Source of the DNA: Okamejei kenojei
Taxonomy: Eukaryota
Direction: 5' to 3'
Assembly (NCBI GenBank): GCA_035221665.1
Contig: CM069146.1
Location: 10,540,001 to 10,604,000, forward strand
Length of the DNA stretch: 64,000 bases
Of the stretch, positions 1-12,742 are shown in pieces. Below the pieces are notes generated by a model, which saw only the letters and a list, made by a program, of their open reading frames with translations, did no database searches and was not told the origin of the DNA. The first letter of the stretch is position 1; every line of letters starts with the position of its first letter. A program made the position numbers and the translations under genes.

Positions 1-803
1 TATTAACAATCTTAAGACTTATTGGTATAGATTTTAGTTTTAATGCTTTCTTTATTTGTTTCCATATGCGGATTCCATTTTCTATTATCGGATTTTCACT
101 ATAAACTTTCTTAGCTACATTAATATTAGCAAATATTATAGAGCTAATTTCTAATGGAGAACAATCTTCTTCTTCCATACTTAACCAATTTGGTTTATTA
201 TCTATTTCTCCTAACCAAAAATTCATGTTTTTAATATTAACTGCCCAGTAATAAAACATCAAGTTTGGTAACGCTAATCCTCCATTTATTTTAGACTTAC
301 ATAAATGTTTTTTATTTATTCTATGAATCTTATAATCCCAAATAAAATTCGTAATTAAAGAATCTACTTTTTAAAAAAAAATTTTTGGAAGATATATCGG
401 GATTAATTGAAATAAATATAATAATTGTGGAAGAAAAATCATTTTTATTGCATTAATTTTCCCTATCATCGAAATAGGTAAACTTTTCCAGTATGAAATA
501 TTCTTATTTAATTTATCTAGTAATGGGGGAAAATTAGATTTAAATAGAGAATTAAATCTTTTTGTAACAAAAATCCCAAGATATTTAATATTTTCATTTG
601 TTATCTTAAAAGGAAATTGTTGTAATATATGTAACTTATTCATTGTTATAGGCATAAGTTCACTTTTATTCCAATTAATACTGTATCCTGAAAGTGATCC
701 GAATTCCGTTATTAGTTTTAACAAATTTCGAATACTTATTTCTGGTTGAGTGATATAAAGTAATACATCATCTGCATATAAGGAAATTTTATTCTTAGTA
801 TTT
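1..803 (-). mobile_element. L1-clade LINE ORF2 fragment (RT C-terminal half), 5'-truncated and running off the window start
   Basis: The minus strand reads NKISLYADDVLLYI, FGSLSGYSINWNKSE, IKYLGI, KMIFLPQLLYLFQ and NGGLALPN, typical of the vertebrate L1 RT/thumb region. A frameshift sits at the A-run near 372. Confidence 0.85.
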
Positions 804-1429
804 GCGATCCAGTTTTGTAGTTTATTAAGGAGGTTTCATTATTTTCACCAGTTGGTTGAGCATGAAATTCAAATGCTTTCATTTTTCACCAAACCACATT
901 CTCCATATAGAAGATTTTTGATGCATTTCATCTGACCTGTATACAATTGCCAACATCTTCTGGTCAGAGTCGGATCATTGTTTCATCAGTCTTTAGCTAT
1001 TGTTCGATTATGTTGCTTCTTTGCTGGAATTGTATGTTAACTTCCTCCACTTTAACAGCTTTGTGAAAAACGTCCTCCATCATTCTGTTTGAGATCTGCA
1101 GCAACACTTCAGTTTTTTTTAAGAAAAACAAAATTAACCCTGTTGCAGTTTTCCCCTCTTCAGCAGGATACAGGGGGATGTTGATGGTGCAATTTGCCTT
1201 TCTTCAGCATTTTCAATGTCCTCACCACAGTCTTTAATTTGATACTCATTTGTGTATGACTCAGGCCAAACCCCGTTTCTTCCCTCCCCTGCACCCCTCA
1301 AACCACGTCAAATGACCCTTACCCAAACACTCGTCCTACTGGATCCGCCCCAACCCCACGACTCACCTGCTCCTCCCTCTGCTGTTCCTATCTGCCACCT
1401 TTCACTTATTCAATCCCATTCTTCACCTT

Positions 1430-1753
1430 CCTTTCCGATCAAATTCCCAAATCTGACAGCCTTTTGTTCTCCATTAATCAGTCATGTTCCTGTCTTCATC
1501 CTTCCCTTCCTCACCTAACCTCATCTGCCTCCTCATCTGTATCTGCAAATTACTTGCTAGCATTCCCCCCCACCGACCCGCTTTATGCAAATTACTTGCT
1601 AGCATTCCCCCCCACCGACCCGCTTTATGCTGGCGACCTCCTGTAATCTTTGAGTCTAGATAAAGGGTCACGACCCAAGACCCTGTCCCACTGAATTGCT
1701 CCGGCATTTATTATTTTTTTGGCTTCAAAATCCAACATCTGCAGTCACTTGTG
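1430..1753 (+). mobile_element. Degenerate Penelope-like element (PLE) 3' end
   Basis: A pyrimidine-rich tract is followed by a decayed GTCTGAAGAAGGGTCTCGACCC motif (~1654-1676) and a CATCTGCAG tail, as in other copies in the window. Confidence 0.5.
1544..1630. repeat. Perfect 42-bp tandem duplication
   Basis: The unit beginning TGCAAATTACTTGCTAGCATT occurs twice with period 42. Confidence 0.95.
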
Positions 1754-2004
1754 AAGCCCTCACTGCAGATATGACCAGACTGGATTTTCTTAAATCCTCT
1801 CGACCCTCATATCTCCCAGATGTTTTTTTTAAGTTGATTTAATTTTGAATAATGATGGAGCTGTTGCAACATCATACACTAAAAGACATAGTGAAATGGG
1901 CATGAAATCCATACTCCACCAATGCATACAACCCTATTTCCCCCCCAGCTGTGAGAACTTCGGCACCCCCCCAGCTGTGAGAGTGCCCAAATAGATACAA
2001 CATT

Positions 2005-2141
2005 AAAAAGACATTTACAAATGTACATGGATAAAAAAAAAGAGGGATATTGTCAAACGGACACACATGGGATTAGCTCCAGTAACCCCCGGGTTGTCAT
2101 AGATGAGTAGGGCTAAAGAGCCTGTTTCCATGCTATATAAC
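2005..2141 (+). mobile_element. CR1 LINE 3' end fragment
   Basis: GTACATGGATA...GAGGGATAT...GGGCTAAAGAGCCTGTTTCCATGCT resembles the other CR1 3' UTRs here (e.g. 23870-24000). Confidence 0.55.
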
Positions 2142-2290
2142 ACCACGCAACTTAAGCTACAACATATTGTAACATACACTTTTCCTAGCGTACAACTTTG
2201 ACCCATGATCAGGAGCCATAAAAAAATGACTGATCAGGTTTTTGCAGAACTGCACATAAATTATGAAATAAGAGTACCTGACCCCTTTAC

Positions 2291-2560
2291 CGATTGTATG
2301 TTTAAGCTTCTGCAAATCAGATTTTTGAAAATGTGTAGAACCAATGTATTGCCCAGATTTTGCTGGTAAATGCCAGTGTCTCCTCATGGAACAGCAGTAA
2401 TTTCTCAGTGTATATCCTGGTATGTTTCCAAACACTGCCACAGAATCCCAATTTAGTGACAGAACTCCACTAGTCATTTCCCAGTGCAGGAATTCTCTAA
2501 TATTTACATTGAGAAAACTGGCTATAAAATCCTCCATCAACTCACACATAGACTGCAAGT
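2291..2560 (-). CDS. Candidate 270-nt symmetric (phase 1-1) coding exon of an unidentified host gene
   Basis: Acceptor ctaattgaaaaccttatatttttttctcatag, 89 open codons (LQSMCELMEDFIASFLNV...KLKHTI), donor ATCG|gtaaag. No transposon motif or protein family recognised. Confidence 0.4.
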
Positions 2561-3154
2561 CTATGAGAAAAAAAATATAAGGTTTTCAATTAGTTGAGGT
2601 TTGGTTATTTTTTGTTATTTAAAGAGTTTTTGAGCAGCTTTAGTTTTTTTACGTGTTGAAAAAATGTTTTTAATTATTTCCCATGTTTAATGATTTTTAA
2701 ATTTGGAGATAGGTCATTGCCAGTTGAAAATAGATATCCCTTTAAATGTTATTTTGTGAGTAGGGACTGTTGTAACTAATCTACATCATGTCATCGTGTG
2801 GATTAGGAACTGCTCCCAATTCAGAGCTTTGTAACAGCACCCAAGGAGAAAATGGAATGGTATCCCAGATTTCACGGAAGTAATTTCAGGCAAGCAATGC
2901 CAACAGGAAACAAATTATGTGCACAGTCTAAACCAACATATCTCTTACTCATCATGAATGAGCCTAAAGTGTGGCAAGGGTAGGCAGGAGGGAGGATGAG
3001 AAACAGTTGGCTTTTAACAGTCACAAATTCTCAGTTCAAGAAACCTTTGGAGAAGGCACATCCAAATTATTTCTTATAATGCAGATAAAACAATGGGTTC
3101 AAATGTGGATACTGCCTGGCTCATGGATATTGCCAAAGCTCTCACTGAATATAT

Positions 3155-3174
3155 GGGGGGGGGGGGGGGGGGGG
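3155..3174 (+). repeat. G20 homopolymer with flanking G-tracts
   Basis: Read directly from the sequence. Confidence 0.9.
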
Positions 3175-5197
3175 TGGGAGGGAAGGCTTGGGATGGTATT
3201 GTGACAGTTTAGAAAATACTTTTTAAAAACTGCAACGAGGAGGTGAGAGTGAAAGAGGCAGCTGTTCATCAACTTCCATCTCCTTCATTAGTCATTTATT
3301 TTTACTGACTTTTCATTTTACTATTGCTGCCTAAACTAATTACATGTTGAAATTTTGATGGGCTAGTAGTCATCTGATATATAACAAATATTGCACACAT
3401 TCTTTGAATTCAAATGAATGTTATATAATCCTGATTTATTTCCCAAGTTTTGATTACCACGGTAAACTGTGATAATCAACCATGGATTGAAACAACTGAG
3501 GTGTGAGAGTTTGGATTTATATTTACCATTGTTGAATTGTTGCAATAGATGATTTTGGGCAAGACCACAGAATTAAATACCAATTTCTTCTTTCCAATTC
3601 ATGGTCAATGCCTTGTACAGTACAACATTTGAAGTGCATAATTAAATAACTTGTTTTAAGATGGTGCAAGAGCTTTGGCAGTGATTACTATACTGTCATG
3701 ACTATTGCATAAGTTCACTTTTCTCACTCCCATCTAAGGGATATCAGTCCTTCCATTACATTCTAATTAGATTTGTCCTTATTTTAAACAGCGTAATTAC
3801 TTTTCCCCTTAGCATTCTCTAGACCAAAGATAACAAAGACATTCTAAGTAGTATTTCCCCATGGCTAACTTTCTGCAAGATGGGCGACATCCTCAAACCT
3901 CTTCAGTTCCCTTTCTGTTGCAATCAGAATGGTGGAGATTGGAACTGTGCCCAGTACTTTGTGGGCCGACTACTGGTCAATCCAACACAACCTTTTCACT
4001 TATGCATTCTAAAACTGTTTCAACAAAGTATTCAGTCTTAGCTGCCTAAACTACTTCCTTTTGGGAGCTTGTGCACACACTCCTCTCAGCATCCTACCAT
4101 AAATATGCATTTTATCCCTTATTTTCATCAAAATTCCCATGTGTATTCGATGGATCAAAATCAATTAAGTACTCTCCATCTACAAGACCAGTTCATTGAT
4201 TTTTTCCAATAATCTACAGCTTACCTTCATGATCAACCACCTTGCCAATTTGGGTATTATCTCAAAAAATTCTCAAACCACTGAATTATTTATTCTTAAG
4301 CATTGTGAGAAATGTAGCATTGCAGTGAAGATATAAGTTTAGATCATTGATCCTGAAATACAAGTTTGAAACCATCCATGGCAACTGCCTCATTTCAATT
4401 CAATTAAAATTATTAAATCTCAACAAAGGCAATGGATCTGAGTCAATGGATTTCTGTATAATTTGTGCTTTCCTGTAAACCTGTGTTGCAATGACACCAC
4501 AGCAAACAAGGTTTACCTTGTACCTGCACCTTACCACAATTGTGCATTTGACAATAAACTCAACTTGACTTGACACATAATAGATTGTTATTAAAACCAT
4601 CTTTGGTTAACTTACGTAACCAGAACTTAGTGTTCTGACCTGGTGTCCATGTTCCATTCAGTTAATTTCCATCTACCTCCACAATTTAGGGGCAGTTAAG
4701 AATGGATTATAAATGCCAGCATTACTCCATCAATAAATTGGATAATGATATAATCAGGGGACATGGAAACGTGCTCTGTAGAATCCCAAGGCAAACAACA
4801 TGAAAACACACAACTAGAATCCTTTGCTTCCTGCTACAAAGTCAATTTTGATCCAATTTGTCATTAACAATTCCCATAGACTTTTACTTTCTGAACAAAG
4901 TGTCATGTGCGACCATGCCAAAATCAATGTAGTTTGCTTCTTCTGTGCTTCTTTTATAAATCCTCTTATTGATCTCAAAAGATTCAACTGAAGTTATTCC
5001 CCCACAAACTTCCTCTACCAAATCCATGCCTGCCTTTCTTGACTAATCAATGCACTTCTGAAAACGGTAATTGGACTTTGTGAGTGAACATTCAGATTTC
5101 ATCACATTCCAGCTGAGAATGCATTGATTACCCAAATCAGAGTGCTACCTCTGGGGATGAGTGCAGGCAGCTGCTCTGGCTCTATTTTGTTCACTTA

Positions 5198-5418
5198 GAA
5201 ACAAAGAACTGCAGATGCTGGTTTACCAAAAAAAAATCACACAATGCTGGAGTAACTCAGTGGGTCACGCAGCATTTCTGGAGAACATGGACAGGTGAAT
5301 TTTTAGGGTAGGGAACTGACGCCCATCCATTTTCTCCAGCGATGCTGCCTGACCAGTCGAGTTACTTCAGCACCTTGTGTCATCGTTTGTATTCATGTTC
5401 CACCAATTACCTGCAGTA
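5198..5418. mobile_element. Inverted pair of PLE terminal-repeat fragments with a decayed centre
   Basis: The left arm CTGCAGATGCTGG...GCTGGAGTAACTCAG is mirrored by GATGCTGCCTGACC...GAGTTACTTCAGCA. Confidence 0.7.
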
Positions 5419-5835
5419 CTATTAACTTAGAGAGATGTATTGTCTGATAAAACCCTGTAGATCTTCCTTGTTGGAGGATGCTCCTTAGCTTCAGTAAAAA
5501 GTTTGGCCACATAAAGGGTGAAGGAAGGAGACAACAAAGGGTAAAACCAAGAATAAAAAAACAAGTTTGGCAGTCAATGAAAAATCCCACAGGGTGGATG
5601 CTAAGATGATTTATATTTTACTTAGTTTACAGGCCACTGATTCCTAAAGGTGACATTTCCAGATTCGGACAGAAGGGCTGTGGAGAAGTCATTGCCTTCT
5701 TGTAATGAAATTCAACGCCATGCAGTCCAAGCTTTACCACTACATCAATGAAGCAAAGGAAGGAATGGGATTTTGAATTATTTAAAATAAATATTTAAAT
5801 ACTGCCAGTAAAAATTGATTTCAAACTAAACTTAC

Positions 5836-5869
5836 ATTTTTTGGAGGCTGAGCTGAGAACATCGTAGGC
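5836..5869 (-). other. Candidate 34-nt exon
   Basis: Acceptor aatatttccag and consensus donor AAT|gtaagt. Phase 0 to 1 reads AYDVLSSASKK. Confidence 0.35.
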
Positions 5870-6011
5870 CTGGAAATATTTTTAAATTAGATTATACTAA
5901 TTTACTAATTTACAGATAAAACAGATAATATTTGGTCCTTTCCAAATATACAGGAATGCAATGCAAATTTGCTATGAAATAAAGTTTGGTGCTATAAAAC
6001 ATTTAGTCTAC

Positions 6012-6097
6012 ATGCACGAAACAGTAGGAAGATATATCATGATTATCAATAAAATTAATTGGATCTCTAGTGCTGGCCATTTCCGCCACTGGGTCAT
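6012..6097 (-). other. Candidate 86-nt exon
   Basis: Acceptor cttttcatattag and a weak donor CAT|gtagac. Phase 1 to 0 reads DPVAEMASTRDPINFIDNHDISSYCFVH. Confidence 0.25.
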
Positions 6098-7162
6098 CTA
6101 ATATGAAAAGTTTTACTTTAAGGCATTCAAAGATCAAGAATGTACTGTTTTTTGGGTTTTTTTTTGCACTGCCCAATGGAATAATCTTTGCTGTGAAAAC
6201 AGTCATTAGAACCATTTAATTAGAGTAAGCAATAATTTTTTAAAAAGTCCTCACAAAACTAAATTTTGTGAGAATGTGTAATGACCCTAATCAAACTTGT
6301 ATCTGATATTGTCAAACCACTGCCATGCAATTACATTTTGGGCTTCTTTGCACAACCTTTAATCTTTTTTAACAAAAATGAAATAATCTATTTTTGGAGT
6401 TCTGGTGCATTTTTCTCCCTTGAAATATCCCTGTTCAGAGTAAATTTATGGATTCAGGCACTTTACTAAATGTAATCTTAACTTCTAATTTAGTATAGTT
6501 TTGGAGAATTACTTCAATGAATGGAGGATGAGAGGTTGAAGATAGTTATAATTAAATCCAAAAGACTGATTATCTTCTAATTCTACCGAACGTCCTTGGT
6601 GATATAATCAGAATTAATGAAGTTCTAAGTAGGTCACCAATATCCAGTAACATCTTTAGATACATCACGGAACAAATAAATTATTATTCCAGATTTCCAT
6701 TTCTGAAATAACAGCATTCTATTTGTAATATAAATAAATGTTGACAATCTCTTCATCATTCATTCAGACTTTTTGAAAGGTCCTGCTTTTGCTGCTTGAC
6801 TCTGAACATTTTGAGCTGCAAAGTTGGCTGTTGGTTATTTCTTCAAATATTGACCAAAGCAAGGTTTTATGCAGGAGGATGTCAGAAACAGATTCAATCG
6901 TAGCTTTGAAAAAAGGAATCTGATAAATACTTTGAGGCAAAAAAGAAATACAGACAATGAGAAAAGGATTAAGGAAATGGGACTAATTGGAGAACATTTT
7001 TTAAAACTCCTGAAAAGCAGCACAGTTTAATCTTGTGATTCCATGAATATGAAACCCAATGGACACTTGGGTCATTTGTCTTTTGCAAATCCACACAATG
7101 TCTTTAGTGGCCCCATCACAGTAAACCTCCATCTTGAACTTTCCCATTGCATCATAGCTTAC

Positions 7163-7192
7163 TTGCAAGCAGTCACTCTGCATTCTGAGTCC
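7163..7192 (-). other. Candidate 30-nt exon
   Basis: Acceptor ttgacttttctgccattcag and donor CAA|gtaagc. Confidence 0.3.
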
Positions 7193-8557
7193 CTGAATGG
7201 CAGAAAAGTCAAGGAATGCTATGCCTCTAACTAATTATATAGAATTATCATTCTTGGCAGTATACTTGGCATACTGCAAATTGTAATGCCTGTATTATAA
7301 TATTTGGTGAAGTACGCAGAGAAGTAGGCAAAGAGACAAACTTGAATGCTGAGGGAACGCAGTGTACGATCCACATTGATTAATTGAAGAGCATTTAATT
7401 AATATTACTCAGGGAAATATAATTATCTGACCTACATACAAGCGAGATGTCTTCTCAATGCTTAAGACAATCAACAATATTTTGGACAACGCATTCATAA
7501 CGAGGACAAACCAATAAATGGTAAACATTCCTAGATTGATCAATTCTTAATTTGTCCATCTGTCAGTAAAAAGAAACATTAATTAATTCCACTTTCACAA
7601 TTACTGTGACAGAGAGAAACACATTTCCATCAGAAAGCCTATGTAAAATAAATGACATGCAAAACTAAATACCAAACAGATTTTTGCTGACTTTGGGCAG
7701 AGCTTATTTAATTCCATGAATGTTAGACTGGATTTGCATATGGTTTTATCGCAATTATTTTTTTCTGGCAAGTCAAAATGAAATTTTGAACAAGCTGATT
7801 GCTTTTTGCATGCTGCCAATTCCCGAATCATAAATAGTTTAAGCGTAATATTCCTTTTTCTAATGCTTTTACGTCACATTTTAAGCACTTCAATTATATC
7901 CAATGGAATATGGAATTTAGGATACTGTAAAGTGTCTGATAATAAAAGCCTTTTACAGTAATGAAAACTGTTGTTGATATAACTGTTCAAGCAATAGCTC
8001 ACCAACCAACCACCCACGCTGCATTCGATTACCGGCCCAGCTTTTGCACAGACAAGCTGTTGACAATAAATTTTTGTAGTGACACCTTCCGCAAATCTCA
8101 CTTGCATTGCAAAACAACTTGTTAGCTGCCATACTGCTGCGACCCTTGCATTTATATTTACTGTAGGCTTGAACTCGACTATATATTTCAACCTTATTAC
8201 CAAATCGCGTTGAAGGTTTTTTTTTCCTCAAACGCTACTCCACAAAACCACTGCAAATTGATACTATCAATTAATGAATTACGCAGGTTAGTTCATGAAA
8301 TCCTCCAAAATAAATTGGTTTGTGAATCCCGCAGATGAGCAATTCACTTTATTTTTTAAAGCTAAATATCGCTCAGCAGACTTGGATCCAGTGAGCAATT
8401 CCTTTATTCTATGGGATGATATTTCTGAGGAAAATTATTTCTACTATTTCATTCGTATATTACTTTCCATTCTGTTGATGGGCTTCATTTTTATTGCAAT
8501 TTAGGACCTATTCCCAGAAATTTGGTTAATACATATCAAAGATAGGTATTAACAATA

Positions 8558-8667
8558 GGGGGTTACACAAAAAGCTGGAGAAACTCAGCGGGTGCAGCAG
8601 CATCTAAGGAGCGAAGGAGATAGGCGACGTTTCGGGTCGAGACCCTTCTTCAGACCTTCGTTAACAC
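8558..8667. mobile_element. Miniature PLE insertion (inverted arm plus 12-nt forward tail) with a 15-bp TSD
   Basis: TAGGTATTAACAATA occurs at 8543-8557 and 8668-8682. 8561-8655 is the reverse complement of 12889-12983, and CTTCGTTAACAC matches 13009-13020. Confidence 0.9.
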
Positions 8668-9338
8668 TAGGTATTAACAATATATAGGTTCTAAAGAAAA
8701 AGATTCCTCATTCCATGGAAAAAAATTCTACTTAATGAGCTGTTAAAAGAATATACATGGCAGGCCAATAACTCTGTTATATTCAGGCACACATGCAGTC
8801 TCTCTACTTGGTGTCCTCATTCCCTGCAGAGCATTTGACACTTAAAATAAATGCTTCGATATATTTAGCACAGAACACCTTTATGTAGGTGATCCACTAA
8901 CCTTAGCAGTCAACCATTTTGAGAAGAGGGACTGACATGGTAATAAGGTCTGTGAGATTGAAAATGAACCATGCATTGCAGGATAAATGAGGCCAAGCTA
9001 AAGATAAGAGGAAATGGGTGCCTTAAGCTTTCTGTATAGTCACAATTTTAAAATGGAAAACCTATGTAGGACAGTAGCATAATCATCTATTTTTGTTGTT
9101 TCAATTGTCATAGAGGAAGCCAGCAAAGGGATATTGCAGCTTGTTTCCAAATCCTGTCCTAGATTTTGCTGATCTCACATTATTGCCCACTAATTACTCA
9201 AATTACTCTTTTTTTCTTTCAGCTTCCATTGGAAAGAACATTGCCATGTATGAGTCTAAACTCTCTGTGCTTCTGACATCTAATATTGGAGAAGAAATTT
9301 CCTTCAACTAAATATTGTTAAGACTGGCAAAATATTGT

Positions 9339-9433
9339 CAGTCTGAAGAAGGGGCTCGACCCGAAATGTTACCCATTCCTTCTCTCCAGAGATGCTGCAT
9401 GTCACACTGAATTACTCCAGCATTTTGTATCTA
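9339..9433 (+). mobile_element. PLE terminal-repeat fragment with a hammerhead-like core
   Basis: CAGTCTGAAGAAGGGGCTCGACCCGAAATGTT...TTACTCCAGCATTTTGT. Confidence 0.75.
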
Positions 9434-10059
9434 CTTTATTATTGTTCAGGCTAATGCTTTTATCAGCACGATATGCTGCAAACTCCACTCCCTACCTGTC
9501 CCCCACATCTTAACAAATGTCTGAGGCCAAAAAGGACTGTTTGTAGCTTATTTGACATTATCTGACCATGCATCCTGTGAACATAAAGGAAGATTGTTTT
9601 CACCTCACCCGATTTCAGCTTTGCCTCCGTTCAACTGCTGCTGAAACCTGCACCCATCCTACTTTCACATCCAGATGACCATCCCAATGTGCTCCTGTTC
9701 GCTGTGATCTATAAAATTGTGCCAATTCCAAACTCTCGCATGCATACCATTACTTGCGCTGTTCAATTTACCTATTATTCCTCTGCTTTCTAACTTAAGC
9801 ATTGCCTTGATTAAAAAGTTGTCATCTTTCTTTCCAAAGCACATCTCAGTATCACCTCTTCTTTCACCATAAACCACTTCAGTTCTCCTATCCTCCTAGC
9901 TTCCCTGTGGATCTCCAATTCTGAACACTTCAGAATCCAAAAATCCATTCACTCCATCCTTTGCAGTTGTGCCTTCAGCTTCTGCAAGAAATTCTGGAAT
10001 TCTCTCCCTAAAGCTTTCTGCCATTGGGCTTGAAGCATCTTCTTAAAACTTTCAGGAGA

Positions 10060-10515
10060 CATGAGGACCTGCAGATGCTAGTTTTTCCCCAAAAAACCCC
10101 TAAAGAGCTGGAATAACAGTGGGTTGGGCCACACCTCTGAAAGACATGGATAGTTAATGTTATGGTTCGGGACCCTGCTGAATAAGGGTCCCAACCTGAA
10201 ACATTGCCGATCCACATCTTTCAGAGATGTGGCCTGACCCGTTCATAAGTTAATAAGTTATAGGAGAGGAATTAGGCCATTCAGCCCATCATGGCTACTC
10301 TGCCATTCCATCACGGCTGATCTATCTTTCCCTCTCATTCCCATTCTCCTGCCTTCTCCCCATAACCCCTGACACCCATATTAATAAAGAATCTGTCAAT
10401 CTCCACCTTAAACATATCCATTGACTTGGCCTCCGCAGCCTTCTGTGGCAATGAATTCCAAAGATTTACTACCCTCTAGCTAAAGAGGTTATTCCAGCGT
10501 TTCATGCGTTTTGTT
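10060..10515. mobile_element. Inverted PLE pair split by a CR1 insertion
   Basis: Left arm 10060-10177. The right arm runs 10178-10242 and resumes at ~10485 (GTTATTCCAGCG). Confidence 0.65.
10243..10485 (-). mobile_element. CR1 3' fragment with a short tandem-repeat tail
   Basis: An (ATAAGTTA)n tail is followed by AGGCCATTCAGCCC...CCTTCTGTGGCAATGAATTCCA, which encodes WNSLPQKA on the minus strand. Confidence 0.85.
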
Positions 10516-12317
10516 TTATTCTTAAATTTTTCTGTCATCTGTTCTGGCATCTCCTCACATTGCTTGCTATCAAATTTTGTTTGATTACTCATCTGTGAAG
10601 TGCCCTGGGAAGTTTTGCTCTATGACAGATGCTATACAAGTTCAAGTTGTTGCTGCTGCAGTTGCATCCTGATTTTACCATAGCAAAGAAACAGGCATCT
10701 GGTGTATCTTCTTTTGTTTAATGATATTGAAGGACCAGGACAAAAAACTAGGATCACAAAAAGAGTGAAAAAGAAGGTCCAATCATGTGCAAAAGAAGAA
10801 ACAAACAGAGCAAGAAAGATCAGATTAAGCAAAGAAGACTGTAAAATACGAAAAATAAATAAACGTTACAAATCTGCAAGAATTTACACCAATCAAAATT
10901 AGATGACATGGTTTCTGATATTCACTTTCTGGGCTAGGCTATATCGGAGGAATATGAATCTATCATCAAAGTGGTTATTATGTTGTTAAGTCACAGCCCC
11001 AACTGCCTGCAGAGAGCTTAATTGGCAAGTAAAGCACCAATTCAGGAACTTGATAGAGGGCAGGCTGCCATTTTCACAAAGTTAACAACAAATGTGTAGA
11101 TCAACCCACAAGATGTGCAAATTTGGAATCCACAAGTATCTCTTCCTTGTCACACGTTGAAGGATGACCAAATAAAAATTTGCACAATAAACTCAATGTT
11201 ATTTTGGCAGCTATATTTGGGATTAAGTTAGTTGCTCACATTGGTTACATTGAGTAGCTCAGCTCATCTGACCACACTCACACTATACCTCCCTTTGGCC
11301 TCCCAACCCTGATCTCTGTCTAGCGTTACACATCGTCAAGACTTATTTTGTTGAAGTTTCAATTGTTTCAAAAAAAAAAAGAAAAATCTGCTCACATAAG
11401 GTTCCAAATGGCAAGTGCAGGTATGTTTGCCTGCAGATTTGTCAGTGATGCCAGTCACGTGGAATCCCTAAATGCACATTGTATGCCTGGTTGCACTTTC
11501 CAATCAAGCATTTGATGTAATGGGCATTTCTAGCAGTCTGATATTTGAAATCAGAATTAAAATACATTAGTTCTCTTCGTAATTTTGCCGTTAGGTGCTA
11601 TAAAGCATTGCGTTATAAATAGATTCATTATAATCTGTGTTCTGTACTAATGGAGAAGCTACCAACGGTTTTCATTTAATTGCAGACTGTCAATGGGCTT
11701 GCAAAAAGGCCACAGCTGCATGCAAAACCACTCGATCTTCCAAATTTAGACCTGGTCAAATGGATTTAGAGTCTGCATTCTTGCTAAATCATTCCGATTA
11801 TTTCATAAATGATACATGTTGGAAAATACACCTGGTTGTCCTTTGTGTAAGTAAGTGTTCCCATAATGGATCATAAAGTAAAGTTGGTTAAGTACCATAA
11901 TATGGCATCTACAAATGCACGTCTCACCGTTGTTTGCATCAACACTGCAGGAACTGTGTCCAGAGCAAAATATATTTCAATGTCACAAAACATATACTTT
12001 TTAATCCATAGAACACATATATGAATGCTGAAATGAGCATATCATTTGAATAACATTTTTAGGCAGATCCACATTTCAACGAAATGCTATTATGCTATAT
12101 ATTCACCCCCAGCTTCCTTTCGAGAGTCATAACATGCAGCCTGACTGCATCATCATGCAGTACATTGTAAGATCTGAACCAACCATGACAAAATCTTTTC
12201 ACAGAAATTGGCACAATTTCATTGGGATACAGAAATAGGAACCGGTTCAGAAACAGCTCCTTTAAACCGGCGAGATTAAATTCCAGGTTATGATAAAATA
12301 GCTTTCCAGTACTTTAC

Positions 12318-12383
12318 CATGTATCACTGCTCCTGATCAGATTAACAGAGGAGTGTATCATCGATGTTCTTTATCAACTCAAA
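12318..12383 (-). other. Candidate 66-nt exon, probably non-coding or 5' UTR
   Basis: Acceptor ctaatttgttctttcctgaatgttatag and donor ATG|gtaaag. All three frames contain stops when read from the exon start. Confidence 0.25.
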
Positions 12384-12742
12384 CTATAACATTCAGGAAA
12401 GAACAAATTAGCTGACATTGAGAAAGAACATCAAAATAATTTTGGAAGTTTGAAAATTGAATCTTTTAAACATCTTCATTTATGGAAAAATATATATTCA
12501 AGTTTTATGCCATGTCTGCCTTCTCTACCTATCAAACATCACGAACTTTGGTCAGAATTAGCATATTTCTGGGCACCATCGATTAGAGGCTCAAAGGCTA
12601 TTTAGATTTACTATCACCACTTGATTTCACATGTCCATAACTGCATTCAAACAAACAAACTGGAAAATTACTTGTCTTAATAACCTTCATCCACAGAATG
12701 GTAATGACCTTTGCCTTCTTTCAAATAAGACACTGTATTCGG

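Larger units (their letters stand above)
9480..10660 (+). mobile_element. Old L2 LINE 3' part, interrupted by nested PLE and CR1 insertions
   Basis: GCCTTCAGC...CTGGAATTCTCTCCCT near 9970-10010 and the L2-type end TGTGAAGTGCCCTGGGA...GATGCTATACAAGTTCAAGTTGTTG near 10595-10655. Confidence 0.55.

Noticed and set aside
810-1250. About 80 open codons on the minus strand next to the L1 fragment
   Set aside because: No splice signals or motifs; probably an old decayed repeat.
3155-3195. Functional G-quadruplex
   Set aside because: It is a simple homopolymer of uncertain length with no supporting context.
6008-6097. Hydrophobic 29-aa micropeptide or signal peptide MTQWRKWPALEIQLILLIIMIYLPTVSCM
   Set aside because: Hydrophobic runs are common in AT-rich DNA, and it matches no family I know.
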